Positions 20,646 through 30,620 of a stretch of 64,000 nucleotides of DNA are shown here, in pieces. The stretch's first letter is position 1. Each line of letters starts with the position of its first letter. Under the pieces are notes generated by a model that saw nothing but the letters and a program-made list of their open reading frames with translations, did not search any database and had not been told where the DNA came from. Position numbers and translations under genes: made by a program. The stretch is from Candidatus Ozemobacteraceae bacterium (GTDB taxonomy: Bacteria; Muiribacteriota; Ozemobacteria; Ozemobacterales; Ozemobacteraceae), in the NCBI GenBank assembly GCA_965140445.1, contig OZ223236.1:864001-928000 (forward strand). Reading direction: 5' to 3'.

Positions 20646-21485
20646 TTAATAGTTTTTACCGTAACGTTCTTCAAGGTAGTATGCTTCTTTTTCCATGGGT
20701 ATGTCAAAGTCTTTGCTTTTGCCATACATGTCAGCCCAAGTACATTGTAATCCCCAATTTACACTCCAGCCAGTATCATCGACCCAGCCATCTCCAATTT
20801 GTTCTCCAATTTCTGGAAACAGTTGACTAACAGATGGCGACATGAATGCTTCACGTCGATATTGAAAAGTGTGAACTAATTCATGCCCCGCATGAGCGCC
20901 AGACATATTTGTTGTAAAAGTATTGGCATTACTATAAGCAAGCGCACCGGAACTGTTAATGGTTCCGTCGTAATTTGCGGGTCGTTTGAAAGCCATTGTT
21001 CCATACTTAAATGAGTTTCCCCAGTCAATTTTTGAGCCTTCAAAAATATGAATTACGGGCGCTATGGATGAGTTAATTCCTGGTTTGAATTCGAATCCTT
21101 CTTTGTCTGCGAGAAACCAGAATGGCCCAATATCCATGCGAAATTTAAACTCTTCGCCTGCAGATTCTGCAAGTGATGCGCCTAGATTTACCATTATTTT
21201 GGAGCGCCAGGCCTTCCATGCCGGAGCTTTTTCATTATTTGGAGCTAAGACAAAACCCTGTTGCATTATGTAGCCACCAAAAAGTGCCTGCAATACAGCT
21301 TTGCCTATATTTGTTCCGCGTCTGTGGGCCCTTATTCCAGCTTGAATAGCAGGAATTCCCATGTTGATCAGTGCCACTTCCTTCTCACCAAATGCTGAAA
21401 CATGACATAGAGGAGCACTAATGGCCAGACTAAAAATGCAGACAGCAATAGTTAGAAGGTATTTTTTTGTTTGTTTTATGGGCAA
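20646..21485 (-). CDS. Secreted/membrane protein with an HEXXH zinc-metallopeptidase-like motif
   Basis: Signal peptide, GHELVHTFQY and a downstream PMEKEAY. Confidence 0.55.
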   Translation of the reverse strand: MPIKQTKKYLLTIAVCIFSLAISAPLCHVSAFGEKEVALINMGIPAIQAGIRAHRRGTNIGKAVLQALFGGYIMQQGFVLAPNNEKAPAWKAWRSKIMVNLGASLAESAGEEFKFRMDIGPFWFLADKEGFEFKPGINSSIAPVIHIFEGSKIDWGNSFKYGTMAFKRPANYDGTINSSGALAYSNANTFTTNMSGAHAGHELVHTFQYRREAFMSPSVSQLFPEIGEQIGDGWVDDTGWSVNWGLQCTWADMYGKSKDFDIPMEKEAYYLEERYGKNY

Positions 21486-21559
21486 ATAATACGTCCAGAT
21501 TAGTAATTTCGTTTTACCATCGGACGATGATTTAAAAAATTTAACTAATGAAAAAAAAC

Positions 21560-22705
21560 TTATTCAGTTTGAAGTAAAACGACTGCTTTGCCTTTCCAGA
21601 TAATGTCTTTTTTATTAGGGATATAGTCCAATTTTATGGAAACTACTCTGAACTTATGAGAATAAGGGGACAATTTTCTGAAAAAGTCGTTCAAGTTTTT
21701 ATAAGTTCTTACAGAAAAGTCGTATGTGCATTCGAGTTTCTTGTTTTCAAGATCTCTTTCTGCCGTATTGCTGATTGCCATGTCTGTTTCTTCACTAACG
21801 ATTTTTATGTAGTCTCTATAGCCTGCAACTGGCCTGAAATTTTGATTTAAAATTGGAAGGTCCCTTACTTCAAATTTCAGGTTAATAGATTTTTTGTCAT
21901 CGGCCAGTTTGCTGTCTTTTACATCAAACTGGGTGACCTTCTTTATGGTGGAGGTTAGAAGTGATTCATCTATTGGTTCTGAAGATTTTATGATGAGTGG
22001 TACCCACACTGAGGTTCCTTCGCTGATAAATTCTTCTGTGGAAATGTTTGTAAATGGTTCACTAAACTTTTCCTGCAAAATCCTTTCTATCAAATCGCTG
22101 GCCATTTCACATGCAGATACGGGCATAGGTCTGTATATTCCATATACCGCCATCAATATTTTTGGCCTGGGACTAACCGACTCGAGTTTTTTTACAAAAG
22201 CTTGAATCTTAGGATTTTTTGGGTCTTTTTCTTCGGCAATAATTATATTTAGCCAGGCTGTTTTGTAGTCATTCTTCCTTGCTGAAATAACTGCGCGCAT
22301 GAACCTGGCACCGGAATGATCCGGTTGAACATCAAAAACCTTATCCAAATAGGTTTGTGCTTTATCGTAGTTTTTCTTTCTGAAATTTCGGTTTGCGTTA
22401 ATCATTTGTCCCTGGCAATGTCTAATATTTTCTTTGGTGAGAGGGCGCTTCATCATTTCCAGATCACGTTTTTCAGGGGCTTTTTGAATTAGATCGCCGA
22501 GAGCTGAATTTTGAGGATTATTGGAGCCATTTGCAAAATTGCCGGTGTAGTTATTTCCGGTATATTTGCGTGCCTTTTCTTCCAGCTCCTTAAGGTTTAG
22601 TTTTCCTGCATAAATTGAATTGCTTAAAAAAATAATCTGAAAAATTAAGATTATTGATGTGGCAACAACGCTTTTGTTTCTTATGCGTAGACTAGACATA
22701 TTCAT
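21560..22705 (-). CDS. Secreted TPR-containing protein
   Basis: Signal/TM segment and TPR-like KNYDKAQTYLDKVFDVQPDH...DPKNP. Confidence 0.65.
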   Translation of the reverse strand: MNMSSLRIRNKSVVATSIILIFQIIFLSNSIYAGKLNLKELEEKARKYTGNNYTGNFANGSNNPQNSALGDLIQKAPEKRDLEMMKRPLTKENIRHCQGQMINANRNFRKKNYDKAQTYLDKVFDVQPDHSGARFMRAVISARKNDYKTAWLNIIIAEEKDPKNPKIQAFVKKLESVSPRPKILMAVYGIYRPMPVSACEMASDLIERILQEKFSEPFTNISTEEFISEGTSVWVPLIIKSSEPIDESLLTSTIKKVTQFDVKDSKLADDKKSINLKFEVRDLPILNQNFRPVAGYRDYIKIVSEETDMAISNTAERDLENKKLECTYDFSVRTYKNLNDFFRKLSPYSHKFRVVSIKLDYIPNKKDIIWKGKAVVLLQTE

Positions 22706-22759
22706 AACCGCTCCTATACAAGCAAACGGATGGAAGCTCGATTGGATTTAACTTTATTT

Positions 22760-23119
22760 TTAGTCGGCCAATTCAGCGATGGCATTTACGGCTTCTTCTT
22801 CTGTTGGGAAGGTTTCGCAAAGTGTCAGAACGCCTGTCATCTGCAGAGCAGTCTGAGTTAGTTTTGTTAAACCTGTAATTGCAACTTCACCGTCGTTATA
22901 GTCAATGATTTGAACCATCGTATCTAGAAGGGTAGATAAGCCGGTACTGTTTATGACCGGAGTTTGAGCAAGGTTAATAACAAAGTAAAGTTGACCTTTA
23001 TCAATGTATTCGGCGCATTTATCTTTAAAAATGGTGCCACCTTTGTCGTCAAGATAACCAGTTGTCCTGACGACCAAAACTTTTCCAGATTGTGCAAATT
23101 CAATGTTAAAGTCTGACAT
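22760..23119 (-). CDS. STAS-domain anti-sigma factor antagonist (SpoIIAA/RsbV-like)
   Basis: VINLAQTPVINSTGLSTL with the phosphorylatable Ser, and EEEAV at the C-terminus. The start at 23119 is inferred. Confidence 0.85.
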   Translation of the reverse strand: MSDFNIEFAQSGKVLVVRTTGYLDDKGGTIFKDKCAEYIDKGQLYFVINLAQTPVINSTGLSTLLDTMVQIIDYNDGEVAITGLTKLTQTALQMTGVLTLCETFPTEEEAVNAIAELAD

Positions 23120-23179
23120 AATCTGATAATAGGGGTTAGAGCCAATTTCTGTCAAGCAAATTATGATTTTGGGAAATAG

Positions 23180-23213
23180 AAAAGCCCCGCGCTCCAGTTA
23201 TGAAGTGCGGGGC
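23180..23213 (-). terminator. Intrinsic terminator of the giant ORF
   Basis: Minus strand GCCCCGCACT...AGCGCGGGGC followed by TTTT. Confidence 0.7.
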
Positions 23214-23227
23214 CAATTTAGCTTAGA

Positions 23228-26200
23228 TTATCTAACGGGAGGATTCACTTCCTTTATTAATGAGCCATCTGTTTCGCTCATTATGAGGATGGCAAATTTT
23301 TCTACTCCATCAAGCTGGTTTGTACTTAAAGAAGCGTAATCAAATTTGCCTCTAAGGTCTGTGTATCCATCTTTGTAGAAAGTTGTCTGGCCATTTTTCA
23401 TCTTTGAATAGACTTTTACATATACTTTAGCCAGAGGCTTTTTCTCTGTTTTGCTGGAAACCTTAACTATTCCGTAGTTTTCTATCATCTGAATCAGCAT
23501 GGAATTTGGATAGTAAGATTTGGATTTGATGATTCCCGGCCCTTCAATCTCAATCATGAGATTTTTGTCTGCAAGGTTTTCAGGAATTTTGATGATTTGA
23601 TTTTCAGTATCCTTATTGAGCTTTACAGTCAAGGTCTGATTTGGCTGAATAATAGAGAATTGGGTAGATTCACTTTGAACAAATGGATTTCTTGAGAACA
23701 TTAACTCAATGTCCATTGAGTAGAACTTTACACTTACTTGTTCAAGATTCTTGTAAGCAATTTTTATGTCTTTTTCGTCTATCTCGAATTCGAAATTAGG
23801 CTGAGTTTCTGCCAGGAGATTTTGCTTTTGATCTCTGCTTTCTGTGTCAGTTATCTTAGCGCTTTCACCATTTATCTCTTCAACCTGAGAAATGATATCG
23901 TTAAAGACATTTCGCCATTTATTTACGGGGTAGTTTTTGTAGTTTTCTGCTATTTTTAATGCTTTTTCTGGTTCTTGATTTGAGAAAGCCAACCAGGCTT
24001 TCATGTAATCGAACTGCATTTTTTCACTAATCTCACTTGGCTCAATTTCGCTGAAGAGTTTACTTGCTTCTTCAATTCTGTCCTGTAAAAGAAGGTAGTA
24101 AGTCGCGGCAAGCTTATCGTATGCCGAAAGTTTTGGGTGGTAGCGAAGATCATTGTTGAATTCACGATACTGAAGCCCAAGCTGTTGGTTGAGTATTTCC
24201 CGCTTTTTCCCCAATTTGAATGATCTGGCGTTAATAAGTGGAAGATATTCTTTGTGTTGATACTTGAATCTTTCAATTGGGTTAATAACAAGGAGTTCAC
24301 TATTTAGTGTGCTTCCGCTTTGTTCTGCCAGGTTCGAGAAACTCAAAAATTCTTTAATCACTTCTTTGTTGCGATGAAAAATTCCATAGGACCAGACGGT
24401 ATTATGAAACTTATGTCGTTTTTTCAACAGACTATAGAGATCTTCAAAGAATGTTTTGTCTTTGAGTCTGAACGCTGCAAGATTTAGATCAAATCTTTCG
24501 ATATTGTTTTTGTTTAAGAAATCTATGACATCTTTGTTGGAACCGTTTTGAGAGATGTAAGGCCAGGAGGTTTTGTCTACCTGAGTAAGCTCGTCAACCA
24601 CATTGAAAACAAATGCTTTGTTTGCTGCGATTAACTTCTCATTTTCAGAAACCTGAACAGGGTAGTGATTGAATTTTCCTTTAAAAGGAAAGTAAAAATA
24701 GTATTCATGCGTTTTTGTGGAGAAAGGATCGATTTGCATGTGAATGCTTCGAGTATAATTGGATTTATCCACTGGTATTGAACCTTGTGGAATTTGAATC
24801 AAAACATCTACTTTTTTTTGAGACGATGTTGGATTGGTTAAAACGATCTGGCAGCCATAAACTCTACGCGTCTGGAATTCTTCAGTTACAAATTTGTCAA
24901 AACGCTGATTTCTGTCGTAGAAATATCTGTCGTCGCGCGCAAAAAAGTTCTGACCAGTCAAGATGCTTTGGCTTTTTTCAAAACTCTTGGCTTCACGGAT
25001 TTCACGATGAAAGAGAATCATGTTGCTTCCTGGAGTTAAGGAAAGAACCAGTTTGTCTAATGCTGTTTCATGCTTTTCTGCTTTGAATGGCAGATCAAGA
25101 ACCGATAAGGCAAACATCATCTCGGAGAAATTTCCGGCCGCATGGGCAAAGTTTTTTGAATAGAATGGGTGTGAATTTTCTATTCCGGCATAGTCTTTCC
25201 AGAATTCGTTAACCTTGATTAGATTGCCTGTTTGCTGTTCTATTGGAATCTGATAGTAGTTGTTTTCTACCCACTCTTCCGTTTTTTCCAGCTGTTTAAA
25301 TAGCTGTCTGACCTTATCTCTTCTTCTTGCATCGCTTTTAAAACCAGCTATTGCGCCATCATCTTCATCGGACATGAGCAAAGCTTTTTTTTCGGCGAAT
25401 CTTCTTTTGGATTTAGGACTCAGCATTCGAGCTGAAGGTGCAGGGGCAGCCGCAGAAGCAAATCCCTCGGCTTCCATAAGCTCTTCTCTTGGCTCAGCTA
25501 TTTCGTTTAATTCCATTTTGTTAGCTCTTGCTGATCTGAATGCCGATTGTGGTTTTATTGGGGCACTTCTAATCTGCCTTAGAGCATCCTGAATTCCAAG
25601 GCTGTCATCAGAGTCCAAAGCATTGCCTTTTAAAGCTGTTTTGAAAAGTTCATTGAACTTTTCCACATCTGGAGGAATCATGTCAAAGAGATCTTCAACA
25701 TGGCGCCTGGTAGACGTAGAGATGACTTTCAGTTTTTGCCCAAGGAGTATCTTTTCAACAATATTTAGTCTGTTGAATTTCCAGGGTTCCAGATATTCTG
25801 TTAGATCTTTATCCAGAAGCCAATTGTCCAAAAAGGTCTTGTCTCTTTTATTTGCAATATATGGCTTTATTATGTCATTGAAGAATTTTTTATCCTTCTT
25901 GAAAATAAAGAAGTTGAGCTCGTGACAGGAATATTTTGAGTAATTTTCAAGTTTGGCTTTCTCGTCCATTTCAGGCCAGTTAAGAATGAAGTTAAACTCG
26001 GTGAGCTTCTTGTCGGATGTAATAGTTGAAAACAATCTATAGACTGATTGCAATGAGTCAAACATTTCGAACTTTGCTGCTCTAACATCTTGAATCTGGA
26101 ATTTCTTTTTGGCTTCCAGAACTGAAACAATTTTTTGCTCTGTGAAGTTCTTTTTAGCATCAAAAGCTTTTTGCAGCCTTAGATCTTTGTAAGATTCCTC

Positions 26201-29200
26201 GATGCTTTTTGTGCTGGTTTGGCGATACACAGAACCTCTCTCGTCCAGAGCAATAAAGTGAAGGTGCTGTAATTGAGCTGCTTTTGAAATATCTATTTCA
26301 ATCTTCCCGCCAGCGTCAGGTTTCATGTTTTCTACTAACAGAGCTGGGACGGTTAAAAAGTCAATGTAAGAATAGTCTTCGAGAGATGCTGTGCTTCTTT
26401 CAAGCTGTGAGCCATAGCTTCCACCCATATCCTTCATGGAATCGGATTGGGGTCGGCCTTTCCAATCGTCTCCACTCGCTGCTGTTCTTGTGCTTGTATC
26501 TGTTTTCCGTATGCTCCATGGATTGAGCAATAATCCTGGACGTTTCAGCATATTGCCTGGGTAGATCCGGGAGTATTTTCTTTCCAATATGTATCTAAAT
26601 TCTTCGCTGATGGTTCTTCCTGAAAGATATTGCGAAATAGCAGGAATTCTATGTTTTCCAATCTGGCTACTATGTTGAAAAAGTCCAATGTTTTCAAAAA
26701 CGCTGAATTCAGGGAGAAATCTTGTCGCAATAAAGTGTAGGCGAGTGTTTTGGTTAGTATTTACCAGCTCAACAACTGCTTTTTTGCTCTTTTCGTCAAT
26801 TTTTATTGAAGAAATTTGCACCTGACGTGGGGTTACAGAGTCATAGAATCTTGTTTTTGATAAAACTGCTTCTGATGACAAATCTGTTTTTAAAATTTTA
26901 ACTGATATGGCTTTTTGTTCTTCCTTTAGAAATAACTCAAAATCTCCTGGGGGAAGGTCGTTAACAATGATGTTGCCTTTCCGGATATTTGCGTATTCTC
27001 GATAGTCTGCGCTGTATTTCCCGTTTTTTAGCTCATAAAGAGAAAACTGGCTTTCGGCAGGCAAATCTTCATTTCCCATAAATGGAACTACAATTATTGA
27101 GCCCGCTTTTGAAACTATTTCGGACGGTGTGGTGTGAGCATTTTTTACAGGGTAAAATTTCTTTTGTGTGCCTGAGGAGTTTGTGAGGTTAATCCATTCG
27201 ATTTCCTCAAGGTTGCCTAGACTAATAATACCTTTTTCATTGGTTTGCAAACTTAGGCTAAGGCTTCTCCTGAAATCACGATGTTTAATTTCAAGATTGA
27301 TAGCTTTGTCTACTACCGGCTCCCCGCTTCTTCCGAGTAAAAGAGCAGAATATTCATTGTTTTCCTTTTTGATAAAGAAATCTTCAATTTTCTCTGTACT
27401 ACAGATCTTATTGATAGAAAAGCTTCTTGAGAAGCTAAGATCCTGTTTTTTACCGAGGCTCAGATTTTCAATTTGTGCAGTGATAGAAAAACTAATGTTG
27501 GTAAGCTTTTCAGGTATTTTAAATTCGTAGGTTGTTTCTTTGTCGTTATAAAGTTTAAGGTCTCTGATGTCTTTGGAGGATGAAACTCCCTCCAGATCAG
27601 TTGTGGCTATTCTGAGACTTATGTTTTTCAAAAGATTTACATCAGCAATTAAGCCATTGATTCGGAAATCAGGTCTGTAAATTACCTTTGCTTTTTCCCC
27701 TTCAATCATTGCTTCTCTTTCAATAAAGAAGCCGCCGTTGAGGCTGTAATTTTCAGGCATATGGTTAAAGGTATGAAATGCTGCGAAATTTCCATGGCGG
27801 ATTATGATTTTGTTTCTTGCTGGTTTAGTGCTGTATGGAATTGTAATCTTGCCTTCTTCATCTGGTTTGAATTCATTTCCATTCATCCAGACCGTTGCAG
27901 TATTGACGTTTTGGCCATTTTCATCAAATACGGTTAGTATGTGTCCTGCTGTGCTTTTTCTTTCAACATAGAATAGCTGCCCTTTTCGGATCAATGCTCT
28001 GCTACTTTTCCCATTGCCGATCAGTTCAACGACATAAACTCCTCTGTCTGCGAGGTTAGGTAAGGAGAAAGTTTCATCGTGTCTTACAAAATCAGGAAGG
28101 TTATATTCAAAAACTTTTTCTTCGTTTGCAACAAGTCCGTCTAAGTCTACCGCGGTTGAGACTTCGGCTTTTTTATCCCGATAATAATTCAAAATGTTTA
28201 GTTTATAAATTTTAAGAATCAGCTTTTTTACATTTTTTACTCTGACATTAAGTGAAACCTGGTCGCTGGTTTTTAGATAACTTGAGTTTGTTGGCAAAAA
28301 CTCTAATTCGATTTTTTCTTTGATTCTTTTTACGTCAGTTGGTGATAACCAGGAATACCATTTTTCAAGGTCGCCTTTGTTATTCAAGATCATTGTTTCA
28401 GCGCAAAGCTTTTTGAGGTAATTGTGATTTATGTAGTTCTCAAATTCTGAAAAATTGTCATTTTCAAGAAGGAATTTTTCAATGAATGCTTTTATCAGCT
28501 CTTCGTCTTTTCCAATTGGTGGCATGAGCGTCAATCTTCTGAAATCAGAATAGAGGTTTGCGTTGTTTCTTCTGTTTTCTGCTCTTCTTAAATAACTCCT
28601 GTTCATGTAGGAAACATTTCTGGGAAGTTTCAAATATTCCATGAAGCGTGAGCGATCATATTTACCCTGTTCCATATCTAGTTTAAGGATGTGGTAAAGA
28701 ATGTGTGCTTTTAGTGAGTTAAAAGACGGGGCAAGGTCTTTGCAGAATTTCCACATTTTTTCAAGATACGCAGATCTGACTTTATTATCATATTCAGGAT
28801 TTTCATCCTGGCCCGGCTGTAGCCTTGATATTACTTCATTTACATAGTTGTTTTGATTAATCAGGCCTGGCATAAGCTGTCTGCATTCTTCAAGCTGTGA
28901 TAGAAGAAGTTTATTGTGAATAGGAATAGATCCAAATCCGCCACTGTATTTGTGATTTAGATCTTCAACTATTAATCTGGGAAGGTTTTTTCCTTCAGGG
29001 CGTTCCATTCTTTTGAGCAGGTCTCTACGCTGGTCCGGGTTAAGTGGGTATTCGATAAGACTTTCTATAGCTTTATTTTCCACACCAGAAAGATCACTGT
29101 AAGTGCTGAGAGCATTTCTTAAGAATGCTGATCGACTTATCAGATCTTTTCTCAGGCTGGTTGGATATTGAACAGAATTTTTTTCTTTATTGCGTTGATG

Positions 29201-29572
29201 GTTAAAATAAAGTCCCAGTCTGTCTCTAATTAGCTTTATGCTTTTGTCTGGATCTTGGGAATATGTAAGCAGGGCTTGTCTATTTCTAATTTCTTCAACT
29301 CTTTGTGTGTAGCGATACTTTTTTATCCATTGCTTGAGCATGTTTTCTACTTCCGCATATTTACCTTCATTTTGGAAGTTTAAGCAGTTAAAGTAGAAGT
29401 AATCTTCGGTTCCTGGGATTAGTTGTTTTAAAGGAATCGACCTGTCTGGAGCGAGGCCGAATTCTTCTTCAAAACCAATGTTGACCGCTGCATTGGCAGA
29501 AATCAATTGAACGAACACCAGGCAAAGAGAAGCCAGAATTAATTTACAAAAGAGTTTGCGGGAACTAGTCAT
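23228..29572 (-). CDS. Giant secreted protein (2114 aa) with helical and beta-sandwich regions, function unknown
   Basis: GGAGG RBS, signal peptide and an uninterrupted ORF. The C-terminus reads YVKVY...FYKDGYTDLRGKFDY. Confidence 0.8.
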   Translation of the reverse strand: MTSSRKLFCKLILASLCLVFVQLISANAAVNIGFEEEFGLAPDRSIPLKQLIPGTEDYFYFNCLNFQNEGKYAEVENMLKQWIKKYRYTQRVEEIRNRQALLTYSQDPDKSIKLIRDRLGLYFNHQRNKEKNSVQYPTSLRKDLISRSAFLRNALSTYSDLSGVENKAIESLIEYPLNPDQRRDLLKRMERPEGKNLPRLIVEDLNHKYSGGFGSIPIHNKLLLSQLEECRQLMPGLINQNNYVNEVISRLQPGQDENPEYDNKVRSAYLEKMWKFCKDLAPSFNSLKAHILYHILKLDMEQGKYDRSRFMEYLKLPRNVSYMNRSYLRRAENRRNNANLYSDFRRLTLMPPIGKDEELIKAFIEKFLLENDNFSEFENYINHNYLKKLCAETMILNNKGDLEKWYSWLSPTDVKRIKEKIELEFLPTNSSYLKTSDQVSLNVRVKNVKKLILKIYKLNILNYYRDKKAEVSTAVDLDGLVANEEKVFEYNLPDFVRHDETFSLPNLADRGVYVVELIGNGKSSRALIRKGQLFYVERKSTAGHILTVFDENGQNVNTATVWMNGNEFKPDEEGKITIPYSTKPARNKIIIRHGNFAAFHTFNHMPENYSLNGGFFIEREAMIEGEKAKVIYRPDFRINGLIADVNLLKNISLRIATTDLEGVSSSKDIRDLKLYNDKETTYEFKIPEKLTNISFSITAQIENLSLGKKQDLSFSRSFSINKICSTEKIEDFFIKKENNEYSALLLGRSGEPVVDKAINLEIKHRDFRRSLSLSLQTNEKGIISLGNLEEIEWINLTNSSGTQKKFYPVKNAHTTPSEIVSKAGSIIVVPFMGNEDLPAESQFSLYELKNGKYSADYREYANIRKGNIIVNDLPPGDFELFLKEEQKAISVKILKTDLSSEAVLSKTRFYDSVTPRQVQISSIKIDEKSKKAVVELVNTNQNTRLHFIATRFLPEFSVFENIGLFQHSSQIGKHRIPAISQYLSGRTISEEFRYILERKYSRIYPGNMLKRPGLLLNPWSIRKTDTSTRTAASGDDWKGRPQSDSMKDMGGSYGSQLERSTASLEDYSYIDFLTVPALLVENMKPDAGGKIEIDISKAAQLQHLHFIALDERGSVYRQTSTKSIEESYKDLRLQKAFDAKKNFTEQKIVSVLEAKKKFQIQDVRAAKFEMFDSLQSVYRLFSTITSDKKLTEFNFILNWPEMDEKAKLENYSKYSCHELNFFIFKKDKKFFNDIIKPYIANKRDKTFLDNWLLDKDLTEYLEPWKFNRLNIVEKILLGQKLKVISTSTRRHVEDLFDMIPPDVEKFNELFKTALKGNALDSDDSLGIQDALRQIRSAPIKPQSAFRSARANKMELNEIAEPREELMEAEGFASAAAPAPSARMLSPKSKRRFAEKKALLMSDEDDGAIAGFKSDARRRDKVRQLFKQLEKTEEWVENNYYQIPIEQQTGNLIKVNEFWKDYAGIENSHPFYSKNFAHAAGNFSEMMFALSVLDLPFKAEKHETALDKLVLSLTPGSNMILFHREIREAKSFEKSQSILTGQNFFARDDRYFYDRNQRFDKFVTEEFQTRRVYGCQIVLTNPTSSQKKVDVLIQIPQGSIPVDKSNYTRSIHMQIDPFSTKTHEYYFYFPFKGKFNHYPVQVSENEKLIAANKAFVFNVVDELTQVDKTSWPYISQNGSNKDVIDFLNKNNIERFDLNLAAFRLKDKTFFEDLYSLLKKRHKFHNTVWSYGIFHRNKEVIKEFLSFSNLAEQSGSTLNSELLVINPIERFKYQHKEYLPLINARSFKLGKKREILNQQLGLQYREFNNDLRYHPKLSAYDKLAATYYLLLQDRIEEASKLFSEIEPSEISEKMQFDYMKAWLAFSNQEPEKALKIAENYKNYPVNKWRNVFNDIISQVEEINGESAKITDTESRDQKQNLLAETQPNFEFEIDEKDIKIAYKNLEQVSVKFYSMDIELMFSRNPFVQSESTQFSIIQPNQTLTVKLNKDTENQIIKIPENLADKNLMIEIEGPGIIKSKSYYPNSMLIQMIENYGIVKVSSKTEKKPLAKVYVKVYSKMKNGQTTFYKDGYTDLRGKFDYASLSTNQLDGVEKFAILIMSETDGSLIKEVNPPVR

Positions 29573-29817
29573 GATACCTCCAAAAGGCCTTTTTAAGAAA
29601 GCAAAGCCGTTTTTATATTTTATCTAACGTGATTTGTTTTTTCCGGATTTACTTTTATATGACTATTCAATCAAAACGCTTGGACAAAAGCAATCTAAAC
29701 GATTGTCTTTTTTAGGCACGTTTCTTTAAAAATTTAGTTTTTACAAAATTGGATGATCGCTTTTAACCTTTCTTTGTGTTAAAAGTGTAAAACTTCTTAA
29801 TAAGGTGAATAAATCAT

Positions 29818-30228
29818 ATGACAGGCTGGCTTATACCTGCTATTCTTGCTCTTTGTATCTGGGGGTTCTGGGGATTGTTTCCCAGGCTGGCTTGTGCGCA
29901 TATTAACCCTTCCAGTGCATTGGTGTTTCAAACTCTTGGTAGTATCGTTATGGTTTTGATTGTTTTGCTTACAACCAGGTTCAAGCTTGAAACTCATTCA
30001 AGGGGAATATTGTTCGCATTGCTTGGAGGTGCCGCCGGAACTCTGGGAAGCGCGTTCTATAACATTGCTGCCAAGAATGGTAAAATCTCTGTAGTAGTAG
30101 CACTTACGGCAATGTATCCTGTTGTGACTATATTGCTTTCTTATTTCTGGCTTGGAGAGCCGCTAACCAAAAAGACATTGGCAGCTATTTCACTGGCAAT
30201 GTCTTCAATAATTGTATTATCCCTTTAG
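29818..30228 (+). CDS. EamA/DMT family small transporter
   Basis: Five TM helices, WGFWG and GKISVVVALTAMYPVVTILLS-LGE. Confidence 0.85.
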   Translation: MTGWLIPAILALCIWGFWGLFPRLACAHINPSSALVFQTLGSIVMVLIVLLTTRFKLETHSRGILFALLGGAAGTLGSAFYNIAAKNGKISVVVALTAMYPVVTILLSYFWLGEPLTKKTLAAISLAMSSIIVLSL

Positions 30229-30236
30229 ATTGGTTT

Positions 30237-30620
30237 TTATTTTCGAATTTCTGAAGGTTTCTCTGGAATAGGGTTTTCAACTGACCCGTGTTTTTTACAA
30301 TAGATTTCAAACTCGTTATTTTTATCTGTTCTGTATATGAGCAGGCAATTTTTGTCTGGCATTTCAAGAGGTTCTTTCAGATACTTACCTTCTAAGAGTA
30401 ACCCCGCTTTGCTCATGTAGTCGTCTTTTTTAATCCCTTTCAGGGTATTTGTGTGGTCCATGTTATACATTTCTATCGCACCCCTTAAGACTCTTTGATT
30501 AGCCATGCAGGAGCGAAATGGGTGTTCGCATTTTCCAGGGGGAGAAAATTTGTAAGCCAGAACCAATGTTCCGCAAAAAAATAAAACGAATACCAGGACA
30601 AATCGGAAGAAAGCTTTCAT
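30237..30620 (-). CDS. Pilin-head-like membrane protein (no class III signal)
   Basis: TM followed by SCMANQRVLRGAIEMYNMDH...CKKHGSVE, matching the C-terminal part of 57364-57861. ATG 30620 overlaps the upstream TGA (ATGA). Confidence 0.6.
   Translation of the reverse strand: MKAFFRFVLVFVLFFCGTLVLAYKFSPPGKCEHPFRSCMANQRVLRGAIEMYNMDHTNTLKGIKKDDYMSKAGLLLEGKYLKEPLEMPDKNCLLIYRTDKNNEFEIYCKKHGSVENPIPEKPSEIRK

Noticed and set aside
29620..29655. AAATC-N16-CGTTA on the minus strand upstream of the giant gene as a sixth regulon promoter
   Set aside because: Both boxes deviate from the five-copy consensus. It may be another ECF promoter, but a single copy is not enough support.
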